A stretch of 64,000 nucleotides of DNA from Nitrosopumilus sp. (GTDB taxonomy: Archaea; Thermoproteota; Nitrososphaeria; Nitrososphaerales; Nitrosopumilaceae): contig OZ244651.1 in NCBI GenBank assembly GCA_965218695.1, positions 928,001-992,000 of the forward strand, given 5' to 3'. Below the pieces are notes generated by a model, which was not told where the DNA came from, searched no databases, and worked only from the letters and a program-made list of their open reading frames with translations. The position numbers were made by a program, and so were the translations under genes. Shown here in pieces: positions 55,100 to 64,000 of the stretch. The stretch's first letter is position 1; the number at the start of each line of letters is the position of its first letter.

Positions 55100-55842
55100 G
55101 GGATTCTGCATCATCAGATGATGGCACAAAATCAGGATCTTCTCCAGATTCACTTGCCTGTTTTGCACGCCATTATGTCGTCTCCATCAAATCATGATCT
55201 TCTATGAGATGTTGGCCTGATGCGACAGGCAACTCTGTCTATTACCATGATATGCACTGACGGCGCGTCCGTCACGCCATGGTCAATCTACTAGGCTGCA
55301 TGCACTGCTGCATTGCTGATGAGCGTGATCTGCTTATCCCTTCCGGATATGTTGATCCCCGCAGCCTCTGCAGGTGTTATTCTGCCAATGCCGCCGTGGG
55401 GACGGAAAAAGTGTGGCGAATAATCATCAGTTGCACCAGCGCGGGATTTTCTGCCCTGAACCCGCGGACTGTCTTGGTATTGTCCTTGAATTCACCGTTG
55501 AGCCTCTCGTGCGTGTTGTTGTTGTTGTTGTTGTGGCTGAAGCGGTTCTTCAGGTGAATGTCCCTGATGTGGACCAGCCTGAATCCGTCGCGCATCCAAA
55601 ACGCCCTGCGGGCGGCATGACAAAACGCCTGCAGGCCGTCTGTGGCCAGCACCCACGGGACGGTTCCGGCCAGGTTCCTTGCAGCTGCAAACAGCATACC
55701 AAAGCCCATACTCGAAAGGCTTGGCACTCCTGACAGGCTAAAGTTTGTTATATCTGGTGACGACATAATGGTGCGCAGGCCAGACCCGCGAATCTGGAGA
55801 AGATCCTGATTTTGTGCCACCAACAGATGACGCAGGAGAACC
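55100..55842 (-). mobile_element. Internally deleted relative of the long-TIR IS6-like element
   Basis: Same TIR family at both ends (left end degenerate); only the C-terminal transposase segment LFAAARNLAGT.PWVL.TDGLQAF remains. Confidence 0.85.
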
Positions 55843-55893
55843 CAAAAACTACAGGGTAAAGATTTATTTCAATTGCCACTTCTGTTTGAAGTT

Positions 55894-57759
55894 ATGCGGA
55901 TACTGCAGCTTCACTGCGACAGCATAGAGTACACCCCCACAAAAAGGGAGATCAAGGCGGCAGAGGAGATCGGCGATGCCGGCACCACGAGGATTGAGGA
56001 GGTGGTGGTGGCCTTCGTCGCAGTGGAGTCAGGCGACGATCTGGACGTTGCCAGAAACGCCATGTCCCAGATAAGGGACTCCATGACAAAGATTGGCTGC
56101 AGGCGGCTCCTGCTGTACCCGTACGCGCACCTGAGCTCTAACCTGGCAAGGCCGTCTGATGCGCTTGCGGTACTGCGCGCAATGGAGGATGCAGCATCTG
56201 GCCTTGAGGTGTCGCGTTCCCCGTTTGGCTGGACAAAATCCTACCAGGTCAAGGTAAAGGGCCACCCGCTAGCAGAAAGCTCCAAGACGATAACTTCCGA
56301 CTCTGCCACGCCGCAGGCCCCTGAGGACACCTCCGAGGCACTGAAGGGCGAGTCAGGCATGCGATCCTACTGGAAGATAATGTCCCCCGACGGCACGATG
56401 ACCGACGTGGGCGAGTTTGACTTTTCAGGGCACAAAAAGCTGGAGACGCTGGCAAAGTACGAGTCCAAAAAGGATCGCCGAGTGGACGCCCCGCCCCTGC
56501 ATGTATCCCTGATGAAGAAGCTGGCCATAGCCGACTACGAGTCCGCATCCGACTCGGGAAACATGAGGTTCTTTCCCAACGGCCGCCTGATAAAGTCCCT
56601 AATAGAGCGCTACGTGACCAAGATGGTAAAGCGCTACGGCGGGTACGAAGTCGAGACGCCGATAATGTACGACGCCGACCACCCCAGCATGGTGAGCTAC
56701 TTTAACAGGTTTCCGGCTAGGCAGTACAGCATCGACTCGGAGGGCAAGAAGCTCTTCTTGAGGTTCGCCGCCTGCTTCGGGCAGTTCCTGATGGCAAACC
56801 AGTTTCAGATGTCATACAAGAACCTGCCGTACCGGCTGTACGAGCTTACCCGGTACAGCTTTCGGCGGGAACAGTCCGGCGAACTGGTCGGGCTCAGGAG
56901 GCTCAGGGCGTTTACCATGCCGGACTGCCACGCGTTCTGCACAGGCATCGACCAGGCAATCGACGAGCTCAAGGTGAGGTTCGATCTCTCCAGGCGGGTG
57001 CTGTGCGGTCTCGGCATCGTCGACGCCGACTACGAGATGGCGGTAAGGTTTACAGAATCGTTCTACAACGAGAACCGGCAGGCAGTCGAGGAGATGGTGG
57101 CGCGGCACGGCAGGCCGGTGCTAGTCGAGATGTGGAAGGAGAGGTTCTTTTACTTCGTCTTGAAATGGGAGTTCAACTTTATCGACGACATGGGCAAGGC
57201 GTCTGCGCTCTCCACTGACCAGATAGACATTGAAAACGGGCGCCGGTACGGCATAGAGTTCATCGACGAGCACAACAAGGCCATACACCCGATAATCCTC
57301 CACAACTCTCCCAGCGGGGCGATCGAGCGCATAATCTACACCCTGCTGGAAAAGGCCGGCACCGACTCCAAGCGGGGCATCAAGCCCCAACTGCCGTTCT
57401 GGCTCTCGCCGACGCAGGTGAGAATCATCCCGCTACAGGAAGAGTTCAACGACTTCTGCGTCTCCCTTGCAGACAGGCTGGCCGCGCACAATCTCAGGGT
57501 GGACATCGATGATCGAAACGAGAGCATCCGAAAGAGGATACGCGATGCCGAGAAGGAGTGGATACGGTACATCATGGTGGTGGGCTCAAAGGAGTTAGGC
57601 TCCGAGACCCTCAGCGTGCGTGACAGGGCGACAGGAGGCGTAAGGGAGCTGACGTTTGAGGAGTTTATAAAAGAGACCGGCACGCAGACGCGCGACATGC
57701 CGTTTGCAGGCCTTAACATGCCGCGGCACATGTCCCGACGCCCGCATCTGATGGTGTAG
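55894..57759 (+). CDS. thrS: Threonyl-tRNA synthetase (archaeal type with editing domain)
   Basis: MRILQLHCD, YPYAHLS, PFGWTK, LRFAACFGQF and HNSPSGAIER motifs. Confidence 0.97.
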   Translation: MRILQLHCDSIEYTPTKREIKAAEEIGDAGTTRIEEVVVAFVAVESGDDLDVARNAMSQIRDSMTKIGCRRLLLYPYAHLSSNLARPSDALAVLRAMEDAASGLEVSRSPFGWTKSYQVKVKGHPLAESSKTITSDSATPQAPEDTSEALKGESGMRSYWKIMSPDGTMTDVGEFDFSGHKKLETLAKYESKKDRRVDAPPLHVSLMKKLAIADYESASDSGNMRFFPNGRLIKSLIERYVTKMVKRYGGYEVETPIMYDADHPSMVSYFNRFPARQYSIDSEGKKLFLRFAACFGQFLMANQFQMSYKNLPYRLYELTRYSFRREQSGELVGLRRLRAFTMPDCHAFCTGIDQAIDELKVRFDLSRRVLCGLGIVDADYEMAVRFTESFYNENRQAVEEMVARHGRPVLVEMWKERFFYFVLKWEFNFIDDMGKASALSTDQIDIENGRRYGIEFIDEHNKAIHPIILHNSPSGAIERIIYTLLEKAGTDSKRGIKPQLPFWLSPTQVRIIPLQEEFNDFCVSLADRLAAHNLRVDIDDRNESIRKRIRDAEKEWIRYIMVVGSKELGSETLSVRDRATGGVRELTFEEFIKETGTQTRDMPFAGLNMPRHMSRRPHLMV

Positions 57760-57761
57760 AC

Positions 57762-58637
57762 ATGAGCTACGCTGATCTGTACCTCAATGCAAACTCGTCG
57801 ATCACATCGTCTGATGACACCTCGAGACCCGTTGCGACCCTGTTTGGCGTTCCGTTTGATGCGACCCAGTCCTACAAGCCCGGATGCCGGTTCGGGCCGG
57901 ACGCGATACGCAACTCGTTTGACAACATCGAGATATTTCATCCCGAGCTTGGCGTGGACTTGGAATCTGCATACATTGAGGATGTGGGAAACATCCGCCA
58001 CACTGCAGTCTCCTCTGAGATGATCAAGATGGTGGGGAGGGTCGCCGCCGAGCTGGCAGGAAGGGGCCGTCCGGTGATAATGCTTGGGGGGGAGCACTCC
58101 ATCACGTATGGCGCATACATGAGCTTTCCCAAGGACACGGGATACGTGGTGTTTGATGCCCACTACGACCTGCGCGACGAGTTTGACGGGACACGGCTGA
58201 GCCACGCATCCTATCTCCGGCGGATAGCAGAGGAGAGGGGATCTGACGGCATCTTGCATGTCGGGGCCAGGGCGTTTGTAGGCGAGGAGCTTGAGTTTCT
58301 CCGGGAGAACCACATCTGCACCGTCTCAGACGGCCAGATACGGGCAGGCAAGGGACCGCAGATGCTCCGAGACTTTACGTCCTCCTTTGATGCAGTATAC
58401 TCCAGTTTTGACCTGGACGTGCTGGATCCCGCGTTTGCCCCCGGGGTGGGAAACCCCGAGGCTGTAGGCATCACATCGCGGGAGCTCTTTGACATGATTC
58501 ATTCCCTGCGCGATGCAAGGGTGTCAGGTGCCGACATTGTGGAGCTTAACCCATACCATGACAACGGCGCCACTGCATCGCTTGCAGCAAAGATAATCTC
58601 CGTGCTGGTTGCGCAGGGCATTGCCCGGGACCGGTAG
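57762..58637 (+). CDS. speB: Agmatinase (ureohydrolase family)
   Basis: GGEHSIT, DAHYD, SFDLDVLDP and VELNP motifs. Confidence 0.9.
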   Translation: MSYADLYLNANSSITSSDDTSRPVATLFGVPFDATQSYKPGCRFGPDAIRNSFDNIEIFHPELGVDLESAYIEDVGNIRHTAVSSEMIKMVGRVAAELAGRGRPVIMLGGEHSITYGAYMSFPKDTGYVVFDAHYDLRDEFDGTRLSHASYLRRIAEERGSDGILHVGARAFVGEELEFLRENHICTVSDGQIRAGKGPQMLRDFTSSFDAVYSSFDLDVLDPAFAPGVGNPEAVGITSRELFDMIHSLRDARVSGADIVELNPYHDNGATASLAAKIISVLVAQGIARDR

Positions 58638-58741
58638 GCGCAGAACCCGGCGTGTCAGGGGGGCACAGACAGGATCATCTGGCATGCATCTCCGGTCCGA
58701 TACTATTCACTTTATTATACCATAATACATGAGTCCATCAT

Positions 58742-59314
58742 ATGCTCAACAACCTGAGGGATACCCTGAGGCCTGCACTTGAGAGGATTGGACGCGGGTT
58801 TGCATCCACCGGACTGTCTCCCAACTTTTGGACTGCCGTAGGGCTCGGATTTGCGCTGGCGTCTGCCGTATCGTACGGCCTGGGAATCCAGTACGGGCTG
58901 ATAATCGGGGGCGTGCTGCTGCTTGTATCCGGATTCTTTGACATGGTGGACGGCCAGGTGGCCCGGGTCACCGGCAAGACCTCCAACAAGGGCTCCTACC
59001 TTGATTCGATGTTTGACAAGATTGCCGAGGTTGCAATATTCCTGGGAATCCTTGTAGGCGGGTACGCAGATCCGATGCTCGTGCTGCTTGCAGTGACGCT
59101 GTCCCTGCTGGTCAGCTATGCCAGGGCAAAGTCGGATCAGCTTGGCATAAGGCTTCAGGGGGTTGGAATCGGCGAGAGGGCCGAGCGATTACTGGTGGTT
59201 GCCATAATAGGGATGATAGGATTCATGGAGTATGCAGTGATAATCGTGATCATAATTGCAGGAATCACGCTGGTTCAGAGGATGGTCGTCACTGCAAGAC
59301 AGATTAGGGACTAG
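58742..59314 (+). CDS. CDP-alcohol phosphatidyltransferase (archaetidylinositol phosphate synthase-like)
   Basis: DMVDGQVAR..G.YLDSMFDK signature. Confidence 0.93.
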   Translation: MLNNLRDTLRPALERIGRGFASTGLSPNFWTAVGLGFALASAVSYGLGIQYGLIIGGVLLLVSGFFDMVDGQVARVTGKTSNKGSYLDSMFDKIAEVAIFLGILVGGYADPMLVLLAVTLSLLVSYARAKSDQLGIRLQGVGIGERAERLLVVAIIGMIGFMEYAVIIVIIIAGITLVQRMVVTARQIRD

Positions 59315-59595
59315 AGCCTGCCGCGCTTTCGCCTGTTGTCTGCGGATCTTATCTTCAGAATCTTAAAGTGGATTGCGCAGGAGATGCAGTACCATTTGAG
59401 AACCGTCGGCGATGCAATGTATGCGCCCTGAGCACGCAGCTCCTTTGCCAGCGTGTGCTCCACCAGATTCAGTCTTGATGTGACCTTCTTTGCCTTGTCC
59501 TTTGGGACAGTCTGTCCGCAGTTTGTACACTGGACGACCCCCGAGGATCCCTTTCCGCCCTTGGTGCGCCCCCTGCTGGCACGTTTTAATGGCAT
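59311..59595 (-). CDS. rps26e: 30S ribosomal protein S26e
   Basis: MPLKRASRGR, CTNC..VPKDKAKK and YCISCAIH motifs. Confidence 0.97.
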   Translation of the reverse strand: MPLKRASRGRTKGGKGSSGVVQCTNCGQTVPKDKAKKVTSRLNLVEHTLAKELRAQGAYIASPTVLKWYCISCAIHFKILKIRSADNRRKRGRL

Positions 59596-59639
59596 ACCGT
59601 TGAATCAACCTGCCTACTTATATTTGTGGATATCTAAGC

Positions 59640-60886
59640 CAGCTAAGCGAAAAGTGCCTCATCTGAGATCAGGTAGGCGGTTTGGACTGGCGTATGAGGA
59701 GTGATTCCAACTGCACCTTGAACGTGAGCATGGTCATGACACTCTGCCTTTCGGTACCGTCAGAAAGCATTGCCCTGACGATTATCCATTCATTGTACAA
59801 TGTTAGGGAATAGTAAAAACACAACATCCGCGATTCCATGTCCGAAATCCGCGTCTTGGCCCTGCACTCCTCGATTTTACCGTACCCGGTCTCTATTCCC
59901 CATCTTTTGGCATAAGCCTCCGTCTTGATTGTGGGGTGGTTTGTTGCAAACCCGATGTATTTCTCTTCCGGGACATCAGGGTCTTTGGCGTTTTTTCTTT
60001 CAGTTATTATCATGGAATATTCGACGGAGCCCTGGTTGTTCTCAATCACGTTTGTTGAGATCCTTTCCCTCTTTCCTTGTGCAAAATCCTGCAGGGCTTC
60101 CACCACGTTGGGCGTGTTCCTGCACGGCATCAGGTACCTTACGCCGTTTGCCCGCAGCCTGCTTATCGTGTCGACTGAGAAGAATTCCCGGTCAAGCAGC
60201 GCCAGGCGGATCCTGATGCCCATCCCTGCCATGGTCTTGAGGACTGCATCCACGTAATCAGGCACGAATTCGAGCCTTTTGAGGTATGATGCTGCAAGGA
60301 CCATGCGCATCTTGTCGTTTACGCACTGGGCTGTCATGTAACGCTCAAAATACGTGGTTCCGTTTTTGTATTTGGAACGGGTCAGCTCCCCTCCGGGTGC
60401 CCGGTCATAACGCGGTATGAGGTGCATGTCGATTGCGATGTCCAGTCCTTCTTTTGGGAATTTGCCCAGTTTTTTGAATGTGTCAAGTTGCACTGCCACC
60501 ATTTCTTCGAATGCGCGCTGAACCGTGCCCTGCTCCATCCCCTTGATTGCCGATGCATGCCACCTGTCGGAGGGAGCGTCGCAGTGCGTGCGCTTTACCG
60601 CGTTTGCGCACCCGCCTACGGACGAATCCATGGTGGCTCCCCTCAGCATGCCGTGATTTAGATCGTCTGTTCCAAATACCGCATTGTACCTGTTTGACGT
60701 GTTGGCGCAGGCAAGCATGTTTTTCATGCCGCTTGCGACATCTTGATATATTCTTGGATTGTTCAGTAGATCGCGGCCCTGCTTGGTTTTTTGTCTAGAC
60801 AACAAAAACCATAGGGCCGTACCCTTATTGATCTGCTTGCATTCTTGTCAGATTTTGCCTAGATCAAAGCACATTTCGCTTAGCTG
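59640..60886 (-). mobile_element. ISH3/IS4-like element, copy 1 (transposase 59669..60805)
   Basis: 1247 bp; TIR CAGCTAAGCGAAA(A/T)GTG; DIAIDMH, LDREFFS and YAKRWGIETGY motifs. Confidence 0.93.
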
Positions 60887-60891
60887 CTAAG

Positions 60892-62138
60892 CAGCTAAGC
60901 GAAAAGTGCCTCATCTGAGATCAGGTAGGCGGTTTGGACTGGCGTATGAGGAGTGATTCCAACTGCACCTTGAACGTGAGCATGGTCATGACACTCTGCC
61001 TTTCGGTACCGTCAGAAAGCATTGCCCTGACGATTATCCATTCATTGTACAATGTTAGGGAATAGTAAAAACACAACATCCGCGATTCCATGTCCGAAAT
61101 CCGCGTCTTGGCCCTGCACTCCTCGATTTTACCGTACCCGGTCTCTATTCCCCATCTTTTGGCATAAGCCTCCGTCTTGATTGTGGGGTGGTTTGTTGCA
61201 AACCCGATGTATTTCTCTTCCGGGACATCAGGGTCTTTGGCGTTTTTTCTTTCAGTTATTATCATGGAATATTCGACGGAGCCCTGGTTGTTCTCAATCA
61301 CGTTTGTTGAGATCCTTTCCCTCTTTCCTTGTGCAAAATCCTGCAGGGCTTCCACCACGTTGGGCGTGTTCCTGCACGGCATCAGGTACCTTACGCCGTT
61401 TGCCCGCAGCCTGCTTATCGTGTCGACTGAGAAGAATTCCCGGTCAAGCAGCGCCAGGCGGATCCTGATGCCCATCCCTGCCATGGTCTTGAGGACTGCA
61501 TCCACGTAATCAGGCACGAATTCGAGCCTTTTGAGGTATGATGCTGCAAGGACCATGCGCATCTTGTCGTTTACGCACTGGACTGTCATGTAACGCTCAA
61601 AATACGTGGTTCCGTTTTTGTATTTGGAACGGGTCAGCTCCCCTCCGGGTGCCCGGTCATAACGCGGTATGAGGTGCATGTCGATTGCGATGTCCAGTCC
61701 TTCTTTTGGGAATTTGCCCAGTTTTTTGAATGTGTCAAGTTGCACTGCCACCATTTCTTCGAATGCGCGCTGAACCGTGCCCTGCTCCATCCCCTTGATT
61801 GCCGATGCATGCCACCTGTCGGAGGGAGCGTCGCAGTGCGTGCGCTTTACCGCGTTTGCGCACCCGCCTACGGACGAATCCATGGTGGCTCCCCTCAGCA
61901 TGCCGTGATTTAGATCGTCTGTTCCAAATACCGCATTGTACCTGTTTGACGTGTTGGCGCAGGCAAGCATGTTTTTCATGCCGCTTGCGACATCTTGATA
62001 TATTCTTGGATTGTTCAGTAGATCGCGGCCCTGCTTGGTTTTTTGTCTAGACAACAAAAACCATAGGGCCGTACCCTTATTGATCTGCTTGCATTCTTGT
62101 CAGATTTTGCCTAGATCAAAGCACATTTCGCTTAGCTG
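60892..62138 (-). mobile_element. ISH3/IS4-like element, copy 2 (transposase 60921..62057), tandem
   Basis: 1247 bp, separated from copy 1 by CTAAG; one visible amino-acid difference (MTAQC/MTVQC). Confidence 0.93.
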
Positions 62139-62339
62139 CTAAGCCTCCCTCCCCAAATCACCCGATCCCCAAGACATACTCTTGTTTTAGAAGTCTTGCA
62201 GATGACATGGAACCGGCTGACGGCGTATTGACTGATGTTGGATGGGGGGAAAGAAAGGAACCGGGCGGCATCCTCCAGATGATTCTTCATACAGCGACAA
62301 TCCTTCAACCCTTAATACAGACCACCATGTTGGTTCCTC

Positions 62340-63164
62340 ATGAGACCGGTTCTGTGCATTCTGCCCCTGATCACCCTTGTCGTGGTTTTGGGCACCCCTG
62401 CATATGCGCAGACCACGCATGAGATTCATATCCTGTCCGGCTCATCGGATCCCAACAGTTCACGCTTCTGGTACAATTCGGCGGCAGGCACCATCTCCGA
62501 TGAGATCACCGTATTTACCGGGGATTCCATACTGTGGATCAACTCTGACACCCAGCCCCACACCGTAACCTCAGTTACGCAGTCCGGCCAGGAAGACGGC
62601 CTGTTTGACAGCGGCACCATGGGCATTGCCGGGCAATATTCCAGGCAGTTTACCGAGGTTGGCGACTTTTACTACTACTCTGCACCCCACCCGTGGATGG
62701 CCGGGGTGATTCACGTACTACAGAACCCAGGCAGCGTTCAATCACTTGATCATGTCGCATTCGGGGACGGCCCGGACGGGCAGGGGTATACAGTCAGGTA
62801 CATCCTGGATGCCAGTCTGGATGGCGCAGTCACCGTTGATCCAGATACGGACACACTGACATTTACCATTCAAGAGGATGCGCATGCCGAACAGATGACC
62901 CTGGTTCTTCCGCTTGAACTGATAGATGAGCCCAATGCAGTCTGGGTCGACGATGTAATGACTGACTTTACTGCAGATGCAAACGAACTGGAGACGGCAC
63001 TGACAATTCCTCTCGAGGCAGGCGCCCAGGAGATAAGGGTCATGGGCTCGCACGTCATTCCGGAGTTTGGATTCATGGCACCCCTGGTGCTTGTCATGGG
63101 AATCGTATCGGTGTTATTCCTGACGCGCTCCCGGCTTCCTGCGCTGCTGCAGACGCGTGCCTGA
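62340..63164 (+). CDS. Secreted cupredoxin-domain protein with PEFG-CTERM anchor
   Basis: Signal peptide, WINSDTQPHTVTS, FDSG, YYSAPHPWM, and VIPEFG plus TM helix. Confidence 0.9.
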   Translation: MRPVLCILPLITLVVVLGTPAYAQTTHEIHILSGSSDPNSSRFWYNSAAGTISDEITVFTGDSILWINSDTQPHTVTSVTQSGQEDGLFDSGTMGIAGQYSRQFTEVGDFYYYSAPHPWMAGVIHVLQNPGSVQSLDHVAFGDGPDGQGYTVRYILDASLDGAVTVDPDTDTLTFTIQEDAHAEQMTLVLPLELIDEPNAVWVDDVMTDFTADANELETALTIPLEAGAQEIRVMGSHVIPEFGFMAPLVLVMGIVSVLFLTRSRLPALLQTRA

Positions 63165-63252
63165 TTCTGGGCCCGGCACCCCACGATGATGGTGTTTGAA
63201 GGATTCACGCTGTCCAAGCATCATCTGTCGACCTGCTGCGACAGCAGCAGGA

Positions 63253-64000
63253 TCATTTGGGATTAGTGCCGAGTCGGCCCGAAATTGTCTGTTCCTTGAG
63301 ATCTCTCGTAAAGGATGCCACTGCAGACTCGATCTCGTCTTTTGGCGTACTCTGGATAAGCTTCAGGTATGCGCTCCCGACAATCACTGCGTCTGCGCCT
63401 GCATCCACATACGTCCTGACATCCTGTGCAGTGGACACCCCGAACCCGACCCCGACAGGAATGCTGCCTCCCGTATAACTTCTGGCGTCCCTGATTGCCT
63501 TGAGCGTATACCTTTTGATCGTCCTGCCGACTCCCGTAGTGCCATACACTGCAACAAGATATAGGAACCCTGACGACTCTTTTGCAATCCTCTGAACCCT
63601 TTCCCTGTCGGTGTTGGGGGATATCAAAAATATGGTATCCATACTCCTGCCCCTTGCAGCCTTTAGATACTCTTCGGACTCCTCGACTGACATGTCAGGT
63701 ATGATGAGCCCGTCTATTCCGGCTTTTGCAGCCTCTGATACGAACCTTGCATACCCCCTGCGATACAGGATGTTGGCGTATGTCATCAGCACCAGCGGGA
63801 TGTCAGTCTCCTTTCTGATCCTCCTGACCATCCTGAAGAATCCTGCAACGCTTGTGCCGTTCTCCAGGGATGCGGTCCCTGCGTTTTGAATCACCGGACC
63901 GTCTGCAAGCGGGTCGGAAAACGGAAATCCAAGCTCGATTATGTCGGCCCCGCCCCTCACCAGGCCCCTTACTGCAGACATGGTGGAGCCCTCGTCCGGA
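63253..64000 (-). CDS. trpA: Tryptophan synthase alpha subunit (5' end beyond the window)
   Basis: IELGFPFSDPLADGPVIQ, MTYAN, GFGVS and IVGSA motifs. Confidence 0.96.
   Translation of the reverse strand, partial: PDEGSTMSAVRGLVRGGADIIELGFPFSDPLADGPVIQNAGTASLENGTSVAGFFRMVRRIRKETDIPLVLMTYANILYRRGYARFVSEAAKAGIDGLIIPDMSVEESEEYLKAARGRSMDTIFLISPNTDRERVQRIAKESSGFLYLVAVYGTTGVGRTIKRYTLKAIRDARSYTGGSIPVGVGFGVSTAQDVRTYVDAGADAVIVGSAYLKLIQSTPKDEIESAVASFTRDLKEQTISGRLGTNPK

Noticed and set aside
1-64000. CRISPR array, tRNA or rRNA genes
   Set aside because: No regularly spaced repeat-spacer units or cloverleaf/rRNA signatures seen by eye; the long repeats are IS copies

Overview
Chromosomal segment of an ammonia-oxidising archaeon (Nitrososphaerota, Nitrosopumilaceae-like; inferred from archaeal rps26e, aspS-gatCAB and thrS, and from thaumarchaeal CFI-box-CTERM and PEFG-CTERM proteins). 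The GC-rich core and heavy IS load suggest a host-associated lineage, which is inference only. Core genes are purFLQS (0.3-4.9 kb) and aspS-gatCAB, an acyl-CoA synthetase, a LOR/SDH-family gene, pstS, thrS, speB, a CDP-alcohol phosphatidyltransferase, rps26e, a cupredoxin and trpA (38.9-64 kb). Between them lies a ~32 kb island with AT-richer cargo that has destroyed the sbtA-sbtB bicarbonate-uptake operon and is bracketed by an 18-bp direct repeat. Its intact cargo forms one coherent nitrogen-catabolism module: a BMP-type ABC importer, a metal-dependent deaminase, a biuret hydrolase-like enzyme, a stand-alone allophanate-hydrolase C-terminal-like protein, FdrA/DUF1116/DUF2877 (AllFGH-like carbamoyltransferase, plus an unannotated 51-aa subunit) and carbamate kinase. 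This is a candidate route from N-heterocycles or ureides to ammonia plus ATP. The cargo genes are separated by deeply nested IS630, IS66, IS5, ISH3 and IS6-like elements and by a family of 91-92 bp palindromic MITEs. Most boundaries were confirmed by TIRs and target-site duplications. No CRISPR array, tRNA or rRNA was seen.
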